Of a DNA stretch of 64,000 nucleotides, positions 38,478 to 47,677 are shown piece by piece; the stretch's first letter is position 1, and every line of letters begins with the position of its first letter. The notes beneath the pieces are model-generated. The model had not been told where the DNA came from, made no database searches, and was given only the letters and a program-made list of their open reading frames with translations. Position numbers and translations under genes: made by a program. The DNA comes from an uncultured delta proteobacterium (GTDB lineage Bacteria > Desulfobacterota > Binatia > Binatales > Binataceae), in the NCBI GenBank assembly GCA_963794325.1, contig CAWCDG010000002.1, positions 576,001 to 640,000 on the forward strand, read 5' to 3'.

Positions 38478-39425
38478 ATGCAAGCAGCAGCGGTGGTGGT
38501 CGGGATCGATGTGAGCAAGCGCACGCTGGAAGTGGCGTTGTCCAGCGGTGGCGGCTTCAGCGTTACCAACGACGAGGACGGGATCAGCGAGATGCTGGCG
38601 CGGCTGCGGCCAAGCGGGGCTGCGCTGGTAGTGCTGGAAGCCTCGGGTGGATATGAGAGCCCAGCCTACCTGGCGCTGTGGGAGGCGGGGGTGCCGACTG
38701 CGCTAATCAATCCGCGCGACGCCTATCACTTCGCCCAGGCCAATCGGCAATTGGCTAAAACCGATCAGCTCGACGCGCGCGGGTTATGTGAGTTTGGCTT
38801 GCGCATGCAGCCCGCACCGTTGCCTCCGCCGGAGGCGGCGGATGAAGAACTCAAAGCCCTGGCCGTGCGCCGGCGCCAAGTAGTCAAGATGCTGGCGGCG
38901 GAGCGCACCCGGGTGCAACAGGCGCCGCGCTCAGTGCGGTCCAGCGTCAAGCGCATCGTCCGCGCGCTGGAGCGCGAGCTAGGTGCGGTCGACCATCAGA
39001 TCGAACAACGACTGCGGAACAATCCGCGCCTGGCGCACCGCTGCGCGCAACTCGAACAGGTGCCGGGACTGGGGCCGGTGACCGGCGCGATCCTGGTCAG
39101 CCGGCTGCCCGAGCTGGGTCGGCTCGGGCCCAAGCAGATCGCGGCGCTGGTCGGAGTCGCACCGTATGACCATCAAAGCGGTGAGTGGCGCGGGCGTAGC
39201 TCGATCTTCGGCGGCCGCGCCGAGGTGCGCAGCGCCCTGTATATGGCCACCCTGTCCGCGATTCGCTGTAACCCGGTGCTGCGCAGCTTTTATCGCCGGC
39301 TGCGGGCGGCCGGTAAACCGGCCAAGGTCGCGATCATCGCAGCCATGCGCAAGCTGCTCGTCATCCTCAACGCGATGTTCAAAACCAACTCGCCCTGGAG
39401 GCCTCCATGCGCCATCACCGTGTAG
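38478..39425 (+). CDS. IS110 family transposase/recombinase
   Basis: DEDD RuvC-like GIDVSK, LEASG and KTDQLDA; VPGLG; catalytic QSG; AAMRKL; GGAGG RBS. Confidence 0.95.
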   Translation: MQAAAVVVGIDVSKRTLEVALSSGGGFSVTNDEDGISEMLARLRPSGAALVVLEASGGYESPAYLALWEAGVPTALINPRDAYHFAQANRQLAKTDQLDARGLCEFGLRMQPAPLPPPEAADEELKALAVRRRQVVKMLAAERTRVQQAPRSVRSSVKRIVRALERELGAVDHQIEQRLRNNPRLAHRCAQLEQVPGLGPVTGAILVSRLPELGRLGPKQIAALVGVAPYDHQSGEWRGRSSIFGGRAEVRSALYMATLSAIRCNPVLRSFYRRLRAAGKPAKVAIIAAMRKLLVILNAMFKTNSPWRPPCAITV

Positions 39426-39550
39426 ATAACCGGGTTGCCCACAAGTCCACAGGCGGGGTCCTTCCTTGGACCCCACAGCCTGTGGACCCTGTGGGCAACC
39501 CGGTTCCCTTGATTCCCAACACAGTCGCTCTCCCCATTGAGGGCGAGGCG

Positions 39551-39718
39551 AAGAAGGAGCCGGGATTCTTGGCTTCGCTCTAGAATGACACAAAGGCGGA
39601 ATCTTGAATCGCGCGCAAAAAATGCGCGCTGGACAAGGTCCCTCTCCTTAAATCCTCTCCCGTCGGGAGAGAGGAAGAGACGCCGTGCAGTTATGCAAAG
39701 GTCTCCGAAGGGAGAGGT
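39551..39718 (-). repeat. Composite REP-like mosaic, inverted copy
   Basis: Reverse complement shares three modules with 36742-36942, in permuted order. Confidence 0.75.
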
Positions 39719-39729
39719 AACGAGACTCG

Positions 39730-40644
39730 TTACTGCTGGTTTTGCTGGTTGGAGGTGTCTTTGGGATCGAGCGGGCGAGGCGGGTCCGGGAGCGGTTCTA
39801 TTTTCAGATCTACCGACATCAACTGCATGCCGCCGTGGCTTTTGTAGACGCCGCGCATTGGTGGGACGTCGGAGTAGTCGCGGCCGATGGCGACTCGGAT
39901 GTGACGCTCGTCCACCATGCATCCGTTGGTCGGGTCGAAGCCGGTCCATCCCATGCCCGGTAGCTGCGCTTCCAGCCACGCGTGGCTCGCTTGCGCGCCG
40001 ATGCTGGCGGCGCCACTGTTTGCCGCGGGCGCCAAATAGCCCGAGACGTAGCGCGTCGGGATTCCGGCGAGGCGGAGTACGCCGATCGTCAGATGCGCAA
40101 AGTCCTGGCATACGCCGCCGCCGACGGTGAGAATTTCGTCGGCGGTCGAGTGCACCTTCGTCATTCCCGGCTCATAAACGAACTGGTCGCGGATGAAAGC
40201 GACGATGCGATTCGCATACGCGGCCACATCTTCGGACGGATCAGGTTTCGCCAGCCAGAAAAATTTGCGCATCGGGTCGCTGAACGGAACATTGCGGCTC
40301 GCGTTCAGGAAATCGTACTCGAGTCGATTGCGCACGTGATCCTCGAGCAGGTACTCGCCGAACGGCATCGGTATCGAAGGCGGCTGCGAATCATGCGTGC
40401 GCTCGACCAGAGATTTCGTCATAACGATTAGCTCGGGGTGCGGGTCGTGGAGCGAAAATCCGTAAACCCGATTGCCATAGTAGTCGTCGTATTCAAAGGT
40501 GGACGCGTCGGGGGTCAAATCCAAATCGAACTCGACGCATCGTTGATTCGCGCCTTCCAGCGGGCGCATTCGCACTTCGTTGTGCGAATCGTAGGCGGGC
40601 GCCTGGTACTCGAAGCGAGTGGTGTGGCAGATCCGAAGCAGCAT
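39730..40644 (-). CDS. Transglutaminase family protein (Bact_transglu_N + core)
   Basis: RICHTTRFEY N-terminus; GVCQDFAH, SHAW and FDPTN catalytic triad; GRDYSDVPP. Confidence 0.92.
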   Translation of the reverse strand: MLLRICHTTRFEYQAPAYDSHNEVRMRPLEGANQRCVEFDLDLTPDASTFEYDDYYGNRVYGFSLHDPHPELIVMTKSLVERTHDSQPPSIPMPFGEYLLEDHVRNRLEYDFLNASRNVPFSDPMRKFFWLAKPDPSEDVAAYANRIVAFIRDQFVYEPGMTKVHSTADEILTVGGGVCQDFAHLTIGVLRLAGIPTRYVSGYLAPAANSGAASIGAQASHAWLEAQLPGMGWTGFDPTNGCMVDERHIRVAIGRDYSDVPPMRGVYKSHGGMQLMSVDLKIEPLPDPPRPLDPKDTSNQQNQQ

Positions 40645-40655
40645 CGCGTCACAGT

Positions 40656-41597
40656 TCAATCGGTCCTGAGGTAGCGTTGAAAGACCTCGTCGCCCAGCGC
40701 GGCGCATCCGTCCTGAATCTGCAGCAGAAACTGATGCAGACCGGATTTGATCACCTCGAGCGAGCGCTTCGATTGCATCAGCGCCAACAGTTCTTCGAGC
40801 TGTGCCGATGGCGGCGACGGCTCGGGTGACAGCCGCTTGATGCGGTTGAGCGAAGTCTCGAGCATCGCGAGCGCGAATCGTGCCGAGCGCGGGAAGGTCG
40901 GATCGAACAGCAGGATCTCGACGACGTTGTCAATCCTGATCGAGTTGCCAAAGCGCTTGCGATAGGCCTCGAGACCCGACGCGCTGCGCAGCACGGCCGC
41001 CCACTGCAGGATGTCGAGCGAGCCGCCGACATCTTCGAGCCGCGGCAGCAGGAAGTGGTACTTGACGTCGAGCATCCGCGATACGTCCTCGGTCCGCTCG
41101 AGCATGATCCCGAGTTGCATGAAGTCGTACGCGATGTCGCGCGGGATGGTGCTCTGGCGAATGCCGGACAGGCGATAAAAGTTGTCTTTTAGGTCGGCGA
41201 AGAACGCGAACACGCCGGGCGAGACGAAAAGCTCCGGCGTCCATTCCTGCGCATTGAGGTACAGCGTGTTGAGGTCGAGCCAAAGCTCGGACGAGATGTA
41301 ATGGCGCAGCGAAATCGCGTTCTGGCGAGCGGTGTTGATACAACTGCGAATCGAATTTGGATTGTCGGTATCGAGCGCGAAGAAGTTGAGGATCGAAGCG
41401 TCGTCGGCGGTCGAGTGCGACTCGGCGAATAGTTCGCGCTCGCCAAAAATCGCAAGCAGCGGCGCCCACGGCTGCGCGTCGCGCGGCGGACTTTCGATCA
41501 GCAGCTGGTAGTTGACGTCGAGCAGCCGCGCGCGCCATTCGGCACGTTCCAGATTGCAGGCGGTCCAGAAAAGGTGGCTCGCGATTCGCCGGAGCAT
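40656..41597 (-). CDS. Alpha-E domain protein (DUF403)
   Basis: MLRRIASHLFW...LERAE, ARQNA, LERTED and FPRS motifs. Confidence 0.9.
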   Translation of the reverse strand: MLRRIASHLFWTACNLERAEWRARLLDVNYQLLIESPPRDAQPWAPLLAIFGERELFAESHSTADDASILNFFALDTDNPNSIRSCINTARQNAISLRHYISSELWLDLNTLYLNAQEWTPELFVSPGVFAFFADLKDNFYRLSGIRQSTIPRDIAYDFMQLGIMLERTEDVSRMLDVKYHFLLPRLEDVGGSLDILQWAAVLRSASGLEAYRKRFGNSIRIDNVVEILLFDPTFPRSARFALAMLETSLNRIKRLSPEPSPPSAQLEELLALMQSKRSLEVIKSGLHQFLLQIQDGCAALGDEVFQRYLRTD

Positions 41598-43087
41598 CAG
41601 GCCTCGAGCACCCAGGTGTCCTTGCTGCCGCCGCCTTGCGATGAGTTCACGATCAACGAGCCCTCGCGCAGTGCGACGCGGGTCAGACCGCCGGCCAGCA
41701 CGCGCGGCTTGGCGCCCAGCAGCACGAACGGGCGAAAGTCGATGTGCCGCGGCAACATCTGCATGCCGCTCGCGGAGCCATTGTGAATGATCGTCGGATG
41801 CACCGAGAGCGCGATGACTGGCTGCGCGATGAAGGCCGACGGATCGTTGAGGATTCTTTCGCGCGTTTCCGCGAGTTCCTGTTCGCTCGCCTTTGATCCG
41901 ATCACGACGCCGTAGCCGCCGGACGCGCCGGTCGGCTTGACGACATAGCGCTCGAGATTTTTGACCACCTGATCGCGCACTTCAGGGTCGCGCAGCAGGT
42001 AGGTCTCGACGATCGGTAGAATCGGTTCCTCGGCCAGGTAGTAACGAATCATCGCGGGCGTGTACGCATAGACGGCCTTGTCGTCGGCGACTCCGGTGCC
42101 GACGCCGTTGGCAATCGCCGCGTTTCCAGCGCGCAGAACGGCGGTAAGGCCGGCAACGCCGAGCAGAGAATCGGGGCGGAAGACCAGCGGGTCGAGGAAG
42201 TCGTCGTCAATGCGCCGATAGAGAACATCTATCTGGCGGAGCCCGTGAACGTCTTTCATGTAGAGTTTGCGATCGACGCAAACGAGATCCACGCCTTCGA
42301 CGAGCTCGATGCCCATCTGCTGCGACAGGAAGACGTGCTCGAAGAACGCCGAGTTGTACGGCCCAGGCGTGAGCAGTGCGATCGTCGGATTCGACTTGCC
42401 GGAGGGAGACAGTTCCTTCAGGCATTGCAAAAGGTCGGCGGGGTAGCGCTCGACGCTGCGCACGCGCGATGCGCGCATCAGGGTCGGTACCAGGCGCGTC
42501 ATCACGACGCGATTTTCGATCACGTAAGAAACGCCGCTTGGAGTGCGCACGTTATCTTCGAGGACGTAGAAGCGGCCGTCAACGCCGCGCACCAAATCGA
42601 TTCCCGCGACGGTGACGAAGTTGCCCAGCGGAGGCTTGATGCCCACGGCGGCGCGGCGGAACTGCGGGCATCCGAGAACCAGGTCGCGCGGGACGACGCC
42701 GTCGGACAGGATGCAACCGTCGCCGTAAACGTCGGCGAGAAACGCGTTGAGCGCGCGCACGCGTTGAATCAGGCCCGCCTCGAGTGTGGCCCAGGTAGCC
42801 GCGTCGATCACGCGCGGAATCGGGTCGAACGGGAAGATGCGCTCGGAGCCGTCGGCGGCGCCGTACACATTGAAGGTGACGCCCATCCGGCGGAACATGC
42901 GGTCAGCGCGCGCGCAAATCTCGGTGAACTGCGCCGGCGTCATCGAGAACAACGTATCGATTACGCCCGCACAGCCAATTCGCGGCTGGCTAGAAAGATC
43001 CATCATCTCGTCGAAAACGCTCGCGTCGGACTTGTACGCCGCCCAAACGGGCACCGCCTTGCCTGTTTCGGAAACAGTCGAATTCAT
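41597..43087 (-). CDS. Circularly permuted type 2 ATP-grasp protein
   Basis: FDPIPR, LEDNVRTPSGVSY, YRRIDDDFLDP and VNSSQGGGSKDTWVL motifs. Confidence 0.93.
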   Translation of the reverse strand: MNSTVSETGKAVPVWAAYKSDASVFDEMMDLSSQPRIGCAGVIDTLFSMTPAQFTEICARADRMFRRMGVTFNVYGAADGSERIFPFDPIPRVIDAATWATLEAGLIQRVRALNAFLADVYGDGCILSDGVVPRDLVLGCPQFRRAAVGIKPPLGNFVTVAGIDLVRGVDGRFYVLEDNVRTPSGVSYVIENRVVMTRLVPTLMRASRVRSVERYPADLLQCLKELSPSGKSNPTIALLTPGPYNSAFFEHVFLSQQMGIELVEGVDLVCVDRKLYMKDVHGLRQIDVLYRRIDDDFLDPLVFRPDSLLGVAGLTAVLRAGNAAIANGVGTGVADDKAVYAYTPAMIRYYLAEEPILPIVETYLLRDPEVRDQVVKNLERYVVKPTGASGGYGVVIGSKASEQELAETRERILNDPSAFIAQPVIALSVHPTIIHNGSASGMQMLPRHIDFRPFVLLGAKPRVLAGGLTRVALREGSLIVNSSQGGGSKDTWVLEA

Positions 43088-43174
43088 CGCAAATCACCCT
43101 ACCGCCCTGACTGGCGCGTAATTCAGCATCGCCAGCACCGCCGGTGTCTTTTAAGAGCAATCGACGGGCCAGAC

Positions 43175-45157
43175 TCAGGCGGGAATTTCGGCGTCGGTTT
43201 GCGCCAGGTACGCCTGGTAGTCGCGGTCCGTCGCGAGCAGGTGGGCATGCGTGCCGGAAGCGGCGATCGTACCGCCGTGAACGAACAAGACGCGGTCGCA
43301 TGCCGCGAGGGTGCCGGCGCGATGAGCGACGATGATCACGATTCGATTGCGCGCGAGCTCGGTCAGCGTTTTCAGGAGTTCTGATTCCGAGGCCGGGTCG
43401 AGCGGCGCGGCCGGTTCGTCGAGAACGATAATTTCAGGGCGTCGGAGGAGGGCGCGCGCGATTGCGATTCGCTGTTTCTGCCCGACCGACAGGCGCGCGC
43501 CGCGCCGCCCGAGCATCGTCGAGTAACCGTCGGGAAGGCGGTCGATAAATTCCGCGGCACCAGCCATCGCGGCAGCTTCGCGAACATCGGCATCCGAGCT
43601 GCTATCACTGCCATAGCGGATGTTGTCCTCGATCGAGGTCGAGAACAGCGACTCATTCTGAAAGACGAATCCGACGCGCGCGCGAATCGTGTCAGGCGCG
43701 ACGGCGCGCGAATCGATCCCGTCGAAAGCGATCGTTCCCGCCGACGGTTCGACAAAACGCGGGATCGAGTGGATCAGCGTCGTCTTGCCGCATCCGCTGG
43801 GACCGGCCAGCGCAACCATCTCGCCCGCGCGCATCGACATCGTGACGTCCCTCAGCACTGTGGTCGCGCCGTACCCGACTGCGACGCCGTTGAATTCGAG
43901 ACGGTTGAGGCGTCCGCTGAGTCCGTCGCCACTACCGTCGCTGACCGGCTCGGCAAGATTGTCGAGCACGCTATGCACGCGTCTCAGTCCCGCGACCGAC
44001 GCCTGTATCGATGCCCATGTGCTGCCGATGGTAGACATCGGACTCGCGAGCATCCCCATGTAGCCCGCGAGCAGGACGATATCGCCGAGCGTCATCTTGC
44101 CCACAATTACTTGCATCATCAGGTAGTAGAGGCTGTATCCGATCAGCGCGCAGCTGACCGGCGCGAGCACGATTACGATCACGAAAAAGATCGCGAGCAT
44201 CCGCAGTGTCGAGCGGAATGACTGCCAGCTTGCGGCGTCCACCGCGGCGGTCTCGCGAGACTCCTGTCCGAATGCCTTGATAAGCTGGACCTGGGCGACG
44301 CGCTCTTCGAACGCGGCCATTACGTTGCTGCCGCTTTCCCGCATTGATTGGCTCTGAGCGCGGATCACGCGTCCGAATAAACTGCTGCCGATTGCGACCA
44401 CCGGCAAAAACAAAATGGAGACGGCGACGATCACCGGCTGATTGCTGAACTGTATTGAGATCACGATGATCGCCATCACGAACATGAACACGGACATGAT
44501 CGGCGCGAGCACGCCGCGATAAAATACCGGCCCGATCGATGCGGAGTCGTACATCACGCGGAACACGGCGTCCCCGATTTTCTGATCGGCGTAGAGCGCG
44601 AGCGGCGACCGCAAAAATCGCTCGTAGATCGCGCTGCGCAGCGATTGGTTCATCCGCTGCGTGAGATCGATCGTCACTCGCGACTCGAGATAGCCGAACA
44701 GGCCGTTCCACAGGCTGCCGCCGTCGTTGGCGTCGTTGGCGGTGATGCCCGCCTGGTCGAGACCGCCGCTGTTCACGTTGGTGCCGAGCGATTGCGCTTC
44801 GCCGTGAACCATCCCGATCAGGATGACGGTGAGAAAGAGAAACAAAGAAACGGCGAGGAGTAGCCCGGATCGGCTGGTGCCGACCATCGGCGTCAAAATG
44901 GCGGAGGGAACGCCGGTCAGCGGATGGCCGTCGATGACGTTGTCGATGACGATCTTCAGCGGCCACGGCGTCATAAGAAAAAAGGTCAGCGATACGAACA
45001 CCAGCGCGCACTTGATCGCTACGAGCCGCCGATAGCGGCTGACATACGGCCAGCTCTTGATGAGAATGCGCCAGGCCTCGCGCAAGGTGAGCGGCGCTTG
45101 TTCGTCGGCGTAGAGCAGATTGGCGCGCGAGTCGCGCGATTCGGCGGCGTCAGCCAT
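43175..45157 (-). CDS. ABC exporter, fused TMD-NBD
   Basis: GPSGCGKTT, LSVGQKQR, LDEP and AHR motifs. Confidence 0.92.
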   Translation of the reverse strand: MADAAESRDSRANLLYADEQAPLTLREAWRILIKSWPYVSRYRRLVAIKCALVFVSLTFFLMTPWPLKIVIDNVIDGHPLTGVPSAILTPMVGTSRSGLLLAVSLFLFLTVILIGMVHGEAQSLGTNVNSGGLDQAGITANDANDGGSLWNGLFGYLESRVTIDLTQRMNQSLRSAIYERFLRSPLALYADQKIGDAVFRVMYDSASIGPVFYRGVLAPIMSVFMFVMAIIVISIQFSNQPVIVAVSILFLPVVAIGSSLFGRVIRAQSQSMRESGSNVMAAFEERVAQVQLIKAFGQESRETAAVDAASWQSFRSTLRMLAIFFVIVIVLAPVSCALIGYSLYYLMMQVIVGKMTLGDIVLLAGYMGMLASPMSTIGSTWASIQASVAGLRRVHSVLDNLAEPVSDGSGDGLSGRLNRLEFNGVAVGYGATTVLRDVTMSMRAGEMVALAGPSGCGKTTLIHSIPRFVEPSAGTIAFDGIDSRAVAPDTIRARVGFVFQNESLFSTSIEDNIRYGSDSSSDADVREAAAMAGAAEFIDRLPDGYSTMLGRRGARLSVGQKQRIAIARALLRRPEIIVLDEPAAPLDPASESELLKTLTELARNRIVIIVAHRAGTLAACDRVLFVHGGTIAASGTHAHLLATDRDYQAYLAQTDAEIPA

Positions 45158-47024
45158 GACTGACCTCGCGAATCGGTACGTCGACGAGCGCCGATCCGTC
45201 CGCGGCAACAATACGGCCGGCCGCAAGCTGATAGATTCGGTCGGCGCGGGATGCGGTGGTGCGCCGATGCGTCGCGAGAATCACCATGCGGCTGTCGGGC
45301 GCCGCGTTCACCCAATCGCGCAAGCCGAGCATCACAGCTTCTTCAGTGGCGACGTCGAGCGAGGAGGTCGGTTCGTCGAGCAGCAGAATCGGCGCGTTAC
45401 GTAAAATCGCGCGGGCGAGGCCAAGCCGCTGCGCCTGCCCGGCCGAAAGCTTCGAGCCCTTTTCGCCAAGCATCGTGTCGAGTCCGGCCGGCAGAGAACG
45501 GACGAAGTCGCCGAGTCCCGCCCGCTGAATCGCTTCGACAACTTCGGTAGTCGATGCGTTCGGGCGTCCGTATGCGACATTGTCGCGAATGGTCGCGCTG
45601 AAGAGTGGATTCTCCTGGAGCGCGACGGAAAGCATCCCGCGCCATGCGGAAAGATCGAAGCTGTCAATCGGTTCGCCGTCGAGCAGAATGCGGCCCGCCG
45701 TCGGATCGAAGAATCTCACTATCAGCGAAATGATCGTGCTCTTGCCAGAACCGCTAGGACCGGCGATTGCACTGATTTCACCGACTCGAGCCTCAAGATT
45801 CACCCCGGTAAGTACCGGCGTGCGCGGGTCGTAGCCGAAGGTCACCTGATCAAAAGTTATCGTCGTCGCGGACTTGGGCGGGAGTGCGTGGCCGCTGCGC
45901 ACGCTTTGTTCGGGCGTTTGGCCGAGCATTTCGAGGACGCGCGAAATTGCGACGACGACGTCCTGCATGCTGCCCCACTGATCGGTGATGTTCCTGGTGC
46001 GCCTGCTGATATTCGAAAACAGCGTGATCGATCCCTGGAACAATCCCAACGAAAGGGCGACGTGCGAGAAGCCCGCGGTTCCGCCCGCGAGCACTTCCGT
46101 TGCGCCGACGTACATCGCGGCGACATAGCCCAGACCGCGAACAGTGTTGGTCGCGACGCGATATCGCGCCAGCATCAGGCGCGCGCGGCGTCCGGCAAGG
46201 AACGCGGTCCAATTGTCGCGCGCGTAATTCTCGGCTTCGCGAGCTTCGGTGCCGAAGGCTTTCACGGTTCTGATCGATGCGAGCGTCTCCTCGATGCGTG
46301 TGGTCGCGAGTGCGGTGGTTTCGCGTTCGCCGATGAACGCGGCGCGCAGCGAATCGGCGTATATCCAGCCCAGGATGAAGTTCGCGGGCATCAGCAGAAC
46401 GACGATCAGTGCCATCCGGTAGTCGTACCAGAGCAGGTAAAGGATTGAGCCGATGGCGGCCGGGAAGAAAATCACCGGCTGAACGATCAGGCCGTCGATC
46501 ACGTTGGGAATCGCGGCGGAATCCTGGAACATCCGGAAAATCGCATCGCCGATTTTCTCTTCGGAATGAAAACGGACGCTCAGTTCCTGCATCCGGGTGT
46601 AGAGATTGACGCGGAAGAGGTTGCTGATGCGCTGCAGAATCCAGACTGCGTAGCCGAGGAGAAATCCGACCGCGATCAACGCGACCACCGACATGACGCC
46701 GCCGACAACGCATGCGTGAATGAGGATAGTCTGCCGATCCGCATGCAGCGGCACCCGGAGCATCCACGCCTCGCCGGGTTTCAAGGCGCCGCCGAGACCA
46801 ACGACGTCGAAGAAAACGCGCACCAGCGTGAGTCCGACCAGTCCGCCGATCAGTGCCGGCAGCGTCAGCAGGAACAGATACACCAGATGGCGCCGGTATG
46901 GGCGGATGAACGGCCATGCGCGTGCGACGAGGCGGAACACGTCGCGCGAACGCAGCCGGCGAGCGTCGGGAAATGCCAGTTCGCTGGCAGGGGGTGGCGG
47001 CGCGACTGTCGGTTCAGGATTCAA
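45150..47024 (-). CDS. ABC exporter, fused TMD-NBD (probable heterodimer partner)
   Basis: GPSGSGKST, LSAGQAQR, LDEP and THR motifs; shares KIGDA.FR with its neighbour. Confidence 0.92.
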   Translation of the reverse strand: MNPEPTVAPPPPASELAFPDARRLRSRDVFRLVARAWPFIRPYRRHLVYLFLLTLPALIGGLVGLTLVRVFFDVVGLGGALKPGEAWMLRVPLHADRQTILIHACVVGGVMSVVALIAVGFLLGYAVWILQRISNLFRVNLYTRMQELSVRFHSEEKIGDAIFRMFQDSAAIPNVIDGLIVQPVIFFPAAIGSILYLLWYDYRMALIVVLLMPANFILGWIYADSLRAAFIGERETTALATTRIEETLASIRTVKAFGTEAREAENYARDNWTAFLAGRRARLMLARYRVATNTVRGLGYVAAMYVGATEVLAGGTAGFSHVALSLGLFQGSITLFSNISRRTRNITDQWGSMQDVVVAISRVLEMLGQTPEQSVRSGHALPPKSATTITFDQVTFGYDPRTPVLTGVNLEARVGEISAIAGPSGSGKSTIISLIVRFFDPTAGRILLDGEPIDSFDLSAWRGMLSVALQENPLFSATIRDNVAYGRPNASTTEVVEAIQRAGLGDFVRSLPAGLDTMLGEKGSKLSAGQAQRLGLARAILRNAPILLLDEPTSSLDVATEEAVMLGLRDWVNAAPDSRMVILATHRRTTASRADRIYQLAAGRIVAADGSALVDVPIREVSHG

Positions 47025-47039
47025 TCGAATCGCATCGAC

Positions 47040-47525
47040 TCACTTGCCGGGCGCGGCGCCCGCGGCCGCCAGTATCTGGTCTTCGAGGGTGAATTTAGAT
47101 TTGCAAGCTACCGTATTTTGATTGCCGCCGAGCGCGTAACGCCCCTGGAAATCCGCCGACACCGAGGCGAGCGTCGAATGCGGCGTCGCCTTATCGAGTT
47201 TCACAGTGACGATGGCTGTGCCGTCCTGCAACTTGTAGATCATCTGAACCGGACCGGTCTCGCAGAATGCCCAGTTGCGCCACGTCAGGTCATCGAGAGC
47301 GGTTTGCCTGGCGACCAGGGTGTGCGTGCGCTCATCGGCGCTGACGATCTGAAAGTGACTCAGCGATGAATCCGAAAAGTAATGCTTGAGGGAGGCGAAC
47401 ACTTCTCGCTCGGGCTTGGCTATCTCCTGAATTCGCGGAACGATGCGCGGCGTTTCGATCGCGAAAGCGGTCGCGAAGATGGAGATAAGCAGGAGCGTTG
47501 TGATCGATGCGGCGCGGAGTTTCAT
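47040..47525 (-). CDS. Exported hypothetical protein
   Basis: AGGAGG RBS, signal peptide ending AFA, two Cys. Confidence 0.7.
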   Translation of the reverse strand: MKLRAASITTLLLISIFATAFAIETPRIVPRIQEIAKPEREVFASLKHYFSDSSLSHFQIVSADERTHTLVARQTALDDLTWRNWAFCETGPVQMIYKLQDGTAIVTVKLDKATPHSTLASVSADFQGRYALGGNQNTVACKSKFTLEDQILAAAGAAPGK

Positions 47526-47677
47526 GATTCCTCCTTGACAGGTACGAGCCTGACTGGTGTGAGGTTGCAAGCCTCTCACGATCATAACGGCTCGTGGAGC
47601 GGCTGGTAAAGGCGGTCGTGTGGCCCGCGAATACAGTTTGATGGTAATTTCGCGGCGTAAACGCAAAAGGAGACCCC

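Larger units (their letters stand above)
38272..39529 (+). mobile_element. IS110-family insertion sequence (CT cores at 38272-38273 and 39528-39529)
   Basis: Transposase plus a 5' non-coding end whose guides match both flanks and both ends; inserted in a REP-like palindrome. Confidence 0.85.
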
